Below, piece after piece: positions 1 through 11,800 of a stretch of 64,000 nt of DNA (position 1 is its first letter; each line of letters begins with the position of its first letter). The DNA comes from Lytechinus pictus (Eukaryota). Location of the stretch: contig NC_087245.1 in NCBI RefSeq assembly GCF_037042905.1, positions 2,606,001 to 2,670,000 on the forward strand. Direction: 5' to 3'. The notes beneath the pieces are model-generated. The model worked only from the letters and a program-made list of their open reading frames with translations. It did not search any database and was not told the DNA's origin. The translations under genes and the position numbers were made by a program.

Positions 1-334
1 GGTAACCATGTTGGAGCAATCTGCGATCAACGGTTGACCGGGAAACGTTGATCCCATGATATCTCCTCCACAAGCGACGAAGACGGCTCTAGGGCAATTT
101 CCGGTTTCTGCGGCTGAAATTCAACAGTTGGCGATCATCTCTTCTTGTGGTCAATCTGGGACGTCCTGGAGATTTCCGTGGCCGCACATTCCCCGCCTCA
201 CGTTGACGTTTCATGATCTTAGAGACTGCACTCTGTGATATCCCTAGGACTTCTGCGATATCAGTCTGCTTGTAGCCCTCCTGTCGCAGGGCTACCACTC
301 TCTCGCGTGTTGCTGTTGCCGTTGGACCAGGCAT
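1..334 (-). pseudogene. Tc1 transposase N-terminus with in-frame stop
   Basis: MPGPT...IAEVLGISQSAVSKIMKR...SPGRPRLTTRRDDR...KLP*SRLRRLWRRYHGINVSRSTVDRRLLQHGY. The frame resumes after TAG (89-91) with the second Tc1 HTH (VSRSTV.RRL...G). Confidence 0.85.
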
Positions 335-644
335 AGTCCAGGGAACGTCTCTACCGATTTTTATTTCAAACGGTACAAGGAACTCGAAAAAAATTCAACC
401 TTCTTATACACAGTGCTAAATCAGGGAAAGTGACAGAACATCATATGCATAGGCTTTTATAGTCTACAACAAAATAATTTATTACGTAATACAAATTTCT
501 CATGTTATAAATGTCACCTGTGTAATGGGGAAACATTATGTAATCACTCAAATACCATTTTGTCTACGCGTAGCCTTTCAACTACCAACAAAACTGTCGA
601 TTTTTATTCAAAAATATTTTATTCCACCTTTATGACCAACAGTG
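1..644 (-). mobile_element. Tc1/mariner DNA transposon, 5' end (continues left of the window)
   Basis: Terminus reads TA|CACTGTTGGTCATAAAGGTGG on the minus strand (TA at 645-646 within a (TA)n run). It is followed by a transposase N-terminus with paired-type HTH and GRPR motif. Confidence 0.9.
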
Positions 645-1061
645 TATATATATATGTTTGAGTTAGTAATTCTGTAGAAAATAAACACGGAAAACTCAAT
701 TGTGTCCCCCCTATATACCTTCAAGGAGAGATTTCCGCCCATGCCAGCAGGGACCCAAAAGTTGGATCCAGCGCCCTAGTCGCGCTTCACACTCCATTTT
801 GCATGTTTTGTGAAACATACAAAATAATTTTAGTCCCCCTCTGCCCCTTTTCCTTTGCCACCCACCAGTTTTAAAATCCTGGTGTCGCCACTGCTCGGGG
901 GCTCGCGTTATTTAGAAGAGACACGAAAACAGGTTGTCAATGCTTGTAAAACATTGTAATGCCCGGTTATTATTATTTTTTTTTTTTAAATACATACACA
1001 GATTTTTCCTGTGAGGAGGGGATGTGATCATTTGTAAAAACGAATCTAAAGTGATGTTTAA

Positions 1062-1650
1062 GGGTCAAGTCCACCCGAGGAAAATGCTGACCTGAATAAA
1101 TAGAGAAAAATCAAACTAGCATAGTGCTGAAAATTTCATAAAAATCGGATGTAAAATAAGAAAGTTATGACATTTTAAAGTTTCATTTTTTTTCTTCACA
1201 AAACAGTGATATGCACAACAAGGTGATTCAGTCGATGATGTCCATCACTCACTATTTCTTTTTTTTTATTGTTTGAATTATACAATATTTCATTTTTTAT
1301 AGATTTGACAATAAAGACCAACTTGACTGAACCATATAGTATTAAACAATGCTAATTCCACATGTTCAGGGAGGAATTAATCGTTGTATCACTTGAGAAG
1401 GAGAAAATTAGAATATTTCATATTTCATATCATATAATACAAAAGAAATAGTGAGTGGATGACGTCACAGTCTCCTCATTTGCATACCAGCCAGGATGTG
1501 CATAATGACTGTTTTGTGAAATTAAGCGAATCTTTAAAATGTCATAACTTTCTTATTTTACATCCGATTTTGGTGAAATTTTCAGTGTTATGCTTGTTGG
1601 ATTTTTCTCTTTTTATTCAAATCAACTTTTTGTTGGAGTGGACTTGTCCT
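1062..1650. mobile_element. Non-autonomous DNA transposon (Kolobok-like MITE), TTAA TSD
   Basis: TTAA|GGGTCAAGTCCAC...GTGGACTTGTCCT|TTAA with imperfect TIRs of more than 100 bp (ATCGGATGTAAAATAAGAAAGTTATGACATTTTAAAG and its reverse complement). TTAA TSD plus RR termini is typical of Kolobok. Confidence 0.8.
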
Positions 1651-2092
1651 TTAATGATTTCGTGCACATTTTAATGAAGTTTGTAAAACTCTTCAGTAAG
1701 AAAGGAAGATTTTCACTTTTTTCCGGGGGGCATTAATTCTGCCCCCTCCCGCTACGTACCAACATGTTACTAATTTATCACGTTCTCCCCTCTCCCCCAC
1801 GGGAGATTTGTATAGGACTTATCGCTTTAAAATTATTGTTCATACGGTACATTTCGAGTTACAATACGAAATATAATTTCTTTCTTAAAATGTCATGAAC
1901 AACGATAAAATATTAAATTTTAAAAAAGTGACCACTTTTCATCATAATAAAGTCAATACTGCCCCCCCCCCGCATTCGCGCCTGTCCCACCAAACACACT
2001 TTCAAAAACTTTCAGATGACAGAGCTTGATTGAATTACTGAGTGAAAACATAAATTATATCTTATCTGCAACTTGATTCCTGAATAAAATAC

Positions 2093-2242
2093 CGCTGCGA
2101 CATTATGCGTTCGGACTTTAAGATACGACATTATGCGTTGACTGTGACATTATGCAAAAATCATCCAACGCATAATGTCACAATCAACGCATAATGTCGC
2201 AATTGCGACATTATGCGTCGCTGCGACATTATCGGTTGTAAC
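2093..2242. repeat. Array of direct and inverted (GC)GACATTATGC(G) motifs
   Basis: About seven copies of an 11-13 bp motif in both orientations; probably transposon subterminal repeats. Confidence 0.7.
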
Positions 2243-2329
2243 CCCCTCTCTGGCAAAAAGCAAGATCCGCCCCTGATTACCATCATGTCGGACACAGTCA
2301 TCGATTTCCAAACGTCCCCATCTGATACT

Positions 2330-2460
2330 AGGGTCCCGTAACACAAAACTTAGCAATGATCGTAGCACATTTTTCTACGATTGATTCCATAGACTACAAT
2401 GTACAATCAATCGTAAAAATCAAACATACGATCAATCGCTAACCTTTGTGTTACGGAACC
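2330..2460. mobile_element. Short palindromic MITE (about 130 bp)
   Basis: CCGTAACACAAA...TTTGTGTTACGG terminal inverted repeats; a second copy lies at about 21289-21424. Confidence 0.75.
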
Positions 2461-2648
2461 TAGGCCTATTTATTTTCTTCGCACATTGGATCTTGACTTA
2501 TTATATTTCAATTAATGGCAGAAAACAAAACATCAACAGTGTCATCGACGACCACCTGACAACTAGCAATGGCGATAAAACGGAAAATGCGATTGGCGGA
2601 GAGAATCTTCAAAGCAGAAATCTAACCAATAGGAAACTTGGACAAAGA

Positions 2649-2830
2649 ATGGTGATATCTGATAAAGTTCAAGGATATGTTGGAGACCCGGTCTATCCGT
2701 TCGAGGAAGAAAGCACTGGTGAAGAAAGTGAGAATGATGATGATGGAGATGAATCAAGATCAGATCATGTGAAAACAAACAATTCCTCTCATCCAGATGT
2801 AAAGACATTCTTCACGGCGGTTGAGACAAC
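2649..2830 (+). CDS. GLTP-like exon (first visible; acidic linker plus TFFTAVE)
   Basis: MVISDK...EEESTGEESENDDDGDES...KTFFTAVET; donor GTGAGT at 2831. A possible acceptor CAG at 2519-2521 would extend the exon. Confidence 0.7.
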
Positions 2831-5800
2831 GTGAGTAAAAATGATTTATTTTTATTGTAATCAAATACTATAAAGAACCAACTAAACCACACAAGAGACT
2901 TTATCAGATTTACTGAAAATAGGCAATGAATTTGATTAATGGTTACGATCATAGCTGTTGAAATCTCTTCTTCCGAATGTTCAAAAGTAAATAAAGCAAA
3001 TAAAATTTACTAAATGTAACCGATGAGTTGGCAAATAATGTGTCGGACAGAAAATATGGAAACAAAAATTATGGTGCGTCTTTTCTGAAAATGCCAATTA
3101 CTTTGATCACACTTTATCTGTCAGACACATTTTCACAAACAATATCTTATTATGTATACAATGTTTATGTTGGACCCTCATTTAAATTACTATTCTTGTC
3201 ACAATCTAGAGTTGAACCAAAATGGTATCATCTCAGTTCTAAAAGGAGCGTTGTGGCCCAGTGGATTAGTCTTCGGACTTTGAAACAGAGGGTCGTGGGT
3301 TCGAATCCCAGCCATGGCGTAATTTCCTTCAGCAAGAAACTGATCCACATTGTGCTGCACTCAACCCAGGTGAGGTAAATGGGTACCGGTAGGAAGTAAT
3401 TCCTTAAAAAGCTGTGTGCGCTATGAACGCCTAGCTTAGCCGGGTAATATAGGAGCGCCTTGAGCACCTAACAAGGTGGATATGTGCGCAATATAAATAC
3501 CCTATATTATTATTATTAAAATGAAATAAATGGCTTAGTGATGGAGATTGGAATGGATCAATCAATCAGTGACGATGTTTAATAGATCCCCTCTCATCTT
3601 CGTATGTCATCCAGGTTCAAAGATGTTCCAATTTTACCAAACCGGTCTATTCCGACGCTTGAATTTCTTGATGCCTGTCTCAATGCAGTTCAGATACTCA
3701 GTAAGTGTTAGGCCTATACTTAGATGATAGGAGAGCAAAATAAATGAGTAAATCGGTTCATGGCTCGAACCCCAAAGCCCATGCCCCAATGTTGCTTCTG
3801 ACATTACCAACAGATCATTTCACTGAAACCAGAATATTTTTCCTTCGTAATAACACCGATAAGGGACAGTAAAGACTCAATCTTTGTTCAGGTCTATTAT
3901 GATTCGATAGACAAATAATAATCATGGCAGATGTCTCACATGGTAATACAGGATCACAGCTAGCAAAGAATATGGTGCTATCATTTTTGTCTCACCTGCA
4001 TAGCAGAGTGAGACTAAATGCGCCGCTTTTCCGACGGCGACGGCGGCGGCGTCAACATCAAATCGTCACCGAATGTTAAGTTTTTGAAATGACAGCATAA
4101 CTTAGAAAGTATATGGACCTAGTTCATGAAACTTGGACATAAGATTAATCAAGTATAATGTATTACTGAACATCCTACTTGAGTGACAGGTCACATGACC
4201 AAGGTCAAAGGTCATTTAGGGTCAATGGACTTCAACCATGTTGGGGAATCAACATAAAAATCTTACCTAAGGTTAAGTTTTTGAAATGTTATCATAACTT
4301 CTAAAGTATATGGACCTAGTTCATGAAACTAGGCCATAAGGGTAATCAAATATTACTAAACATCCTGCCTGAGATTTAAGTCACATGACCAAGGTCAAAG
4401 GTCATTTAGGTTCAATGATCTTTGGCCGAGTTGGGGGTATTTGTTGAATTACCATCACAACTTTAAAAGTTTATTGATCTGATTCATATGACTTGGACAT
4501 ACGAGTACTCAAGTATCACTGAACATCATGTGCGAGTTTCAGGTCTCATGACCAAAGTCAAAGGTCATTTAAGGTCAATGAACTTTGGCCATGTTAGAGG
4601 TAATTATTAAATTGCTGTCATAACTTTCTTATGGATATATAGTTTTCGAAATGTGGACATAGGGGTAATCAAGTATCACTGACAAGTCATAGATCTCATG
4701 ATCAAGGTCAAATGTAATTTAGGGTCTTTTATTATGAATGGTGTTTTTTGTGAATAATTATTTCATTATAGTTTTTAATGTCAACACTGCTGCTATATTG
4801 AATCGCGTAATGTAGGGGAGACTGCCAGAGGCGCTCCACTTGTTAGGAACATGTATTACTTTTTTTTTAATTGCTTGAAACCTTGTCGAATATTACAGTA
4901 AGTAAAACGGAACGTGCATTATTTGCTTGTTAACTCTCTGTGCCATTTATGTATTATTGATATATCTTGAATAAAAAATACATAATATTTGGTAGAATTA
5001 TTCCCAACGAGTGTTTCCCTTTTTACCGAATGGGACAAGCTGTTTTCGAGTTGTAGAGCCTAAATTCGTTTCAATATTATTACCAGATGACCCTCAAATG
5101 TCAATTTACTCTATTAAGTTTAGTTTATTAGTTTACTCTATAAGTGTTTTGAATTATACATATGAGTAAAGTGACCGTTTGATTGAAAACAATAGAACAA
5201 TGACAATCTTAACCACACTGATTTAATAACAGTTTAGAGTTTAGAATTTAGAGTTCGTTGACCCAATTTCCGTTTTATAACGGAAATCAATTACAGGAAT
5301 TAATTTACTGCTCAACCAATAGCACCCTACTTCCCATGAATTCTTCATCATAACACTTTGCAAACTTTTAGCTAGTGCGATAATTTCATTTCTGACCCAT
5401 TAGCTATGTTACTTCAAAACAGTGTGCTGCACTTTTATATTGAATGTTCTAGGTGTAGTAGTTTTACATTGTTAATCAAAATAATAAAAGAGTATGTAAG
5501 GTATTCCCTGAGGTATAGTTATAATGTAATCAGCACTGGTGATTTATTTTCGATGGGTATTGGAAAGGGCTCAACAAACCCTCATGATCTTGGATAGTTT
5601 TTATTTCTTTCTGTATCTACATGCTCTGGGCCATTTAATTGTATTTTCCATCCTCATATCAAAGTTGATACTATTTCTTTGAATATCCGGGGCCCATTTT
5701 ATTTATTGTTTTGCGCCTCTCCTCCTTTGAAAAATATAAGCCTATATACCCACCAACGTTATGTATGAAAACATTTATAATTTATCCGAAATATCGATTG

Positions 5801-8800
5801 CGGGCTTTGTTTGGATAACTTACTGGTAAAAAAAATGAGCAAAGCGTTTAAAGCCCTCACCTGATGGTACTACTGGTCAGCAGAAAGCTCCAAGTATCAT
5901 AATCAATCATGATTATATTTTATTTTACACTCCCTCCCCATGTAGCTGATCAAAGAACAGCACAGCAAGTAACCCTCGTCTTCTGATATATACAGTGCGT
6001 CCCACAATAAACGAAACCGAGATTTATCGATTATTTATCATAACTTAATCACAAATACAATAGACAAATGACCTACCATTGTAAAGCTTAGAATCTCCTC
6101 TTTCATCTGAAATTACTTAGATTATTTCTCATTTACGCATGAGTGAGCAAAAACAATTTGAAGAGGGGATACCAAAAAGTCATTTGGCGGGCTGTATCTG
6201 CGGTTCAAAATGAAAACCACATTTTTAAAAAGTTCAATATCTGCTCTTTAATTTGATACGTCAATTACAGAAATGGTCAAGAAATGGCAAAGTTCTGGAT
6301 ATATGACATAAGGCTTGAATTTCAATAATTTCATAAAATTAAGAGGTTCTATATACAGGCTAGCGTTCAAACTCACTTGACACTCCGTTTTGTTGACGAT
6401 CAGCCATGCATTAAGTCTTTTGTTAACCATACGATAGCTTATGTGGGAAACCGATGAAAACACGTTTATTTAATGAAATTATGGAAATACAAGCATTGTT
6501 TCGAGGGAACATTTTTTGTGATTAAGGTATCAAATAAAAAAGCAGATATTGAACTTTTTAGGCATGTGATTTTCTTTTTGAAATTCAGATACCCCCCGCC
6601 AAATGAGTTTTTGGTATCCTTTCTTCAAATTGTTTTTGCTTACTCATGCGTGAATGGGGCATAATCTAAGTAATATCAGATGAAAGAGGAGATTCTAAGC
6701 TTTACTTTGGTAGGTCATTTGTCTATTGTATTTGTTATTAAGTTATGATAAATCATCGCTTAATCCCGGTTTCGTTTTTTCTGGGACGCACTTTACAGTG
6801 TTTGCAGTGACTTAACCATTCTGCATGGTATTTATTGCATAATTACTAAGAACACATTCATACACATCCACATCGTACTGAGTATCTACCTGGGTGGAGT
6901 GTGGCAATCGGAGAGTAATACCTTGCCTAAAGAACATAAGTTTAGGATTTTAGCCAATGCAGAGCATCATAATTTACATTTGATTGAAAGTAATCAACGA
7001 CCTTTAGACCTGATGCAATCCATGATAAAGCTTATGGAATTATACGGGATGTCCGGAGTACAATGATAGAAATAACGGGTTAGAATAATTGTTCATTCAA
7101 TTATTTTTCGTCATCAATAAATATTATCAAGTTTCTATATTTTCTTTAAATTCCAGAAAATATGAGAAGAGCAATATTTGATCGGGTGGAGGCTGATATA
7201 CAAGGAAATATAAAGGTAATAATAAATATTTTGTGTTTTTTTACATTTAATTTTTGTATAGTCGATTTCATATGTCAATGAACGTTTCTTTATAATTGTG
7301 TGAACGCCATGATGTCATAATGGAACTAATGTATGCAAAGTGTGAATGGGGACGGGGTGTCTCTGTTTTTGTTATCATTTTTATTATCTTCCCAATGCAT
7401 AATTTATCTGTGAAGATCCGAATGGGTGGTTCAGAGTTATATGCAGAAAACAAACGAAATCTTTACTTTTGCTTAATATTAATATCATTCACTGGCGTAA
7501 ATCCGTGTTGATGGGTGGGGGGGATGACTGAAATATTTTGGCTTTTTTTTGCAATCATGTTTTTAGATATGCAAGGAATTGTCATTGATATGTCCACAGT
7601 GGCGTACCGTGGTTCATGGCATTGGGGAGGGGGGCACCAGTAAAATTTTTGAATCACCAAGTGAGTGCGCGAAGCGCGCTAAGTGGCCAGTTATACTGAC
7701 CTAATAGAGACATTTTAAGGACAATGTCAATAAACGGATATGTACTTCACTGATGAAATAATGCGAGCGCGAAGCGCGAGCTGAAATTTTTTATATTCAC
7801 ACCTAAAAAGGGACAATATAATCAAATTTGTGTAATCATGATAGGTACCTGTCTCGCTAAACAATGCGCGCGCGAAGCGCGATCTGAAAACTTAGATAAT
7901 TCAGACCTGAAGTGGGGCATTCTAAGGTTTCTTTTTAGGAATTAACTAGGACCATACGTATTTCATTAACCAAATGATGCGAGCGCGAAGCGCGAGCTGA
8001 AAATTTTTGATATTCAGATCAGAAGGGACATTTTAAGGACTGATTTTAGGAATTCATGAAGAGCAGACATATCTCACCAATCCACTAGTGCAAACGTAAT
8101 CACGGACAGGAAATGTTTCATATATAAGAAGACCTTAACATGGGGCAATCACTTTTGAGTCATGAAAAAGAAGCATATGTCACTACATAAAACAATGATA
8201 ACTCAAGTGCTAGGAAATATATTTGGTTTATATTGACTTGAAAACGGGATGTTTTAGTACAACAGGATTATATATCTCGTTAAACAGACAATGCGAGCAC
8301 CAGGAACAATAAAAAAAGACGTAGGCCCTGGGCAAATTATGTTTCATAAAGTTGTAATGTAACATAACATAATTATAATATAATATAACATTATAATGAA
8401 TATTTTCTTCTTTCCCACTACGTTTCTCTTCCTTTCTCCCTTTTTTCTCCTTTCCCCCTTTCCCCGTTTTTTTTGTCAGCCGATGGGGGGGGGGGGGGGG
8501 ATGTGCCCCCCATGCCCCCCGTAGTTACGCCACTGTATGTCCATATGGCAAATACCCCTCCAATATTATTATCTTTTTTTACCCCATGATGGTTTAATGG
8601 TTTTATTAGAGATTACATTAAAAAAAATTTGACATTCCATCTTAATCCCTTCCCAAAGACCCCAACATTGATGAATTGGAAGAAACAGGGGTTTATCTTC
8701 AATGTTATAATAAGGACATAAGTATTTCGTTTGGAAATGGTGAAATGGCTCTTTATTTGCATTTTATGATTCAATAATATTGTTTTATTTGTTAAGCGGT

Positions 8801-11800
8801 ATTTTAGGAAGAATTTTCACCAATAAAACAATTATCTCTTGTGATTTTTTTTTCATTTCTTTCGTAAAAAGTGGGGGGGGGGGGGATGTTTGTACAGGCC
8901 ATCCCCCCCTCCTCGAAAAGTGGGGGGGGGGGGATGTATCCCCCCCATCCCCCCCCCCGGGATTTACGCCAGTGATATCATTACAATACTCATCCAGATG
9001 AATGTTCTATCAGGCCTATATACATATGCATTTTGTGAATAACATTTGTTTACGTATTGGCAGTCAGTTCACAGCCAAGACGAAGGCGCTGTAAAGTGCT
9101 TAGAGACACCATGCATTAAGCGCTATGTAAATACAATGTATTGTTTTATTATAAGGGGCTGGGGCTGTCCCTAGCTCTTATGCGGCTAATAATAGGCAAT
9201 AACGATTTTTTTTTTAATATGCCAGGATATCGTAATACAGCTCCAAATCCTGCAATAACATTGACCAGTTATCAAACCCAAACGAAATATCATATTCAAA
9301 TGGGGATTTATTTTCTTTCTTTTTTACCAAGAAAATTCGTGATAACTACAATAGTCATCCAGATGAAAGCTATACTCTTCAGTCTATGGTCATACATGAT
9401 GTAGAAGAGTTAGATATACTAAACAACGATCCAGACTATTATGCAACATCAACCATTCTTGCCCTGAAATGGCTCGTCAGGTATTATATCACATTCTAGT
9501 GACTTTCATTTACAGTCAGAATTTTTTTTAGGGCAATAGGGCAATTTACATTTTCGTATTATAATTATGTAAGTTATATACTGTCTCAACGAATCATTAT
9601 ATTTTAGTCCGAAGTTTACCATAATCATGTGGGGAATACACCATTCCATTTTTTTTCTTCAAAAATTAGCCAATTCGCAACGAACAAGTATACGAATAGA
9701 AAAAAAATAAAGAGAGAAAAAGATTTCGTACAGGAATAAATAATAATGTAATCATCCTCACTAAGTCGGTTAATTTGTTTCTTTAAAAAGCGTATTTTCC
9801 ATAGAGATATATACTAATAACGCAAAGTAGCAAACTAGTAATATATCTATATGGTATTTTCACATCTTCAGATTACCTTTTAATCTTACTAAAATCATGT
9901 CTTTGGTGGGGTGACATGTTGAACCGATATCGCTTGTTTGCCATCACAGGCGTTTAGATGGGGGCGTTGTTGGCACTGAGCCCTCTAAAAGTTTGACAAC
10001 CTACCAAAATAAGGAGATAAGAATTGAAAGGAAGATTGGTTATGACTTGTGATGTTTATTATAAACATGATAAAGTGTATAGATTTTTGGTTTTATACTC
10101 ACTTTACTCACAAGCAGAATTTTATAATTCATCGGATAATAGAAAATAAAAACATCAGCTTTCCTCTTTTTTCTTTAGTTTTATTTTGCTCTCTATTGAT
10201 TTTCCGCAGAGCATTTCGATTTATATCAAGGTTCATGAAATATATCATCGAGGGAGGAGATCAGATTCAGAGCGCTAGTGAGTTACATTGTGATTCTGAT
10301 GGGAAGTTATCAAATAAATTGATTATCTTGTGATAGGTCGAATGTGTGTGCTATTTTTTTGTTTCAGTATTAAAGTCTGTGAACACATTGTAAAGTACTC
10401 TAAAGTTGATTCAAGATGTTTTATTCATAATTTTTATAGCATAGTTTAATAGTACACTACAATTTTCTCACATCTATATGAGATTTTATGAAAGAGACCG
10501 CGGGGGGGGGGGGAACGAGCAGCCCCTAGTTATAACATCAAATATTTCGGTACCGGTATATGAATAATAATGTACTCTCTAGGTAAATTTATTTACTTAT
10601 TTGCTTTCTTTCCACATTATGATTATCATAATTATGCGTTCAGCATATCTCCTTATGAACATATCGGTAAACCTTAAATATTATCTTTGTAATTATGACA
10701 ATAATAATTGGATCTAGGTAGCATTCTTTCTTTTCATATGTAGCATAATTATCATAATTTGAAGGTACATTGTAAATGAAACCTTGAAATAATATTTTTG
10801 TTTTGGATTTTTCAACACGTGTAGATAAAGCTTATGATGAGACGCTGAAAATGCATCATGGGTTTATCGCCAGGGCGTTTTTTAAGGTGAGACCTCACAC
10901 TTGATTAGAATCTTAGTATACGCACAGTGTCCTTATAGCATAAGCAACACGATATGGTCTGATAATCGTTTACATAGTTTAGAAATACATAATTCTTGAA
11001 AGTCTTTGCATAACTATATTTTCCTTATACGGTAGCATAGGCCATTCTTGTGCATCGTTTTGCTACGGGAAAAGTAGACCCCTGTGATGACAAATCATCT
11101 TTCCGCTTTTCTTAGACGCCCGATATTAGAGTGGAAAAAATCGGATCGAGCGTATAAGAGGTGGATTGAGCATTTACTTGGGCATCATTTAGCCTAGGAC
11201 AAGGCAATGTATTATTCTTAACCAATAACCACACAAAACAATTGTCCTTTCAAAAGCCTGGGTCACAATTATTCGGGTTCATGAATGATCTTCGGGGGGG
11301 GGGGGGGGGTACGTGCCCCCTTTGCCCCTTAAATCCGTGCCTGCAATAATAATGTCAGTGTTGTTGTTGATGGCGTCGTTGGGTCATTAACTCGTTATTA
11401 TTAGCCTGAACTTTTAACACGAGATGTCGAGTCCGCTGATCATCCGATTGCTTTTTTTTTTACAAGAATTATTATGTTTGTTTTATCTGATAAAGGTAAA
11501 TCCAACACTAAACAACGTAATAATATCAGCATGGTCCCCAGTATAGGCCTGTTTATAGTCCATTTCCAAAAACCTTCCAATTTGAGTGGAAGATAAGAGA
11601 AGATGGACCGGGGGATAGGGTGGTGTAACTAGTATATGACCAGTTTTTGAACCAGCTTACAAGGGGTCTATATATTTTTTTTCCTACAGGCTCTATTTGT
11701 ATGTACGCAATGCGTTTTTTCATGTTTTTTGCATGTAGTTACCCTTATTACTAATCAAAGATGTGAAGTTGATAAGCTGACAGTATTGAATGTGATTTTG

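Noticed and set aside
2093..2242. CRISPR-like repeat/spacer pattern
   Set aside because: Repeats are only about 12 bp, occur in both orientations with irregular spacers, sit in a eukaryotic context and have no cas genes.
3245..3317. tRNA-Gln-like gene
   Set aside because: The acceptor and anticodon stems are imperfect and the sequence continues into a SINE body and (ATT)n tail, so it is a SINE head.
4085..4730. Regularly spaced repeats as a CRISPR array
   Set aside because: Whole 150-190 bp units are homologous, with no unique spacers; this is a satellite inside a HINE-like element.
5406..5597. ORF as the third GLTP exon
   Set aside because: It lacks the D...GN motif; 7157-7215 fits both homology and phase.
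8484..8960. G-quadruplex-like G/C runs
   Set aside because: They are homopolymer tracts belonging to hAT MITE subterminal regions and recur throughout the window.
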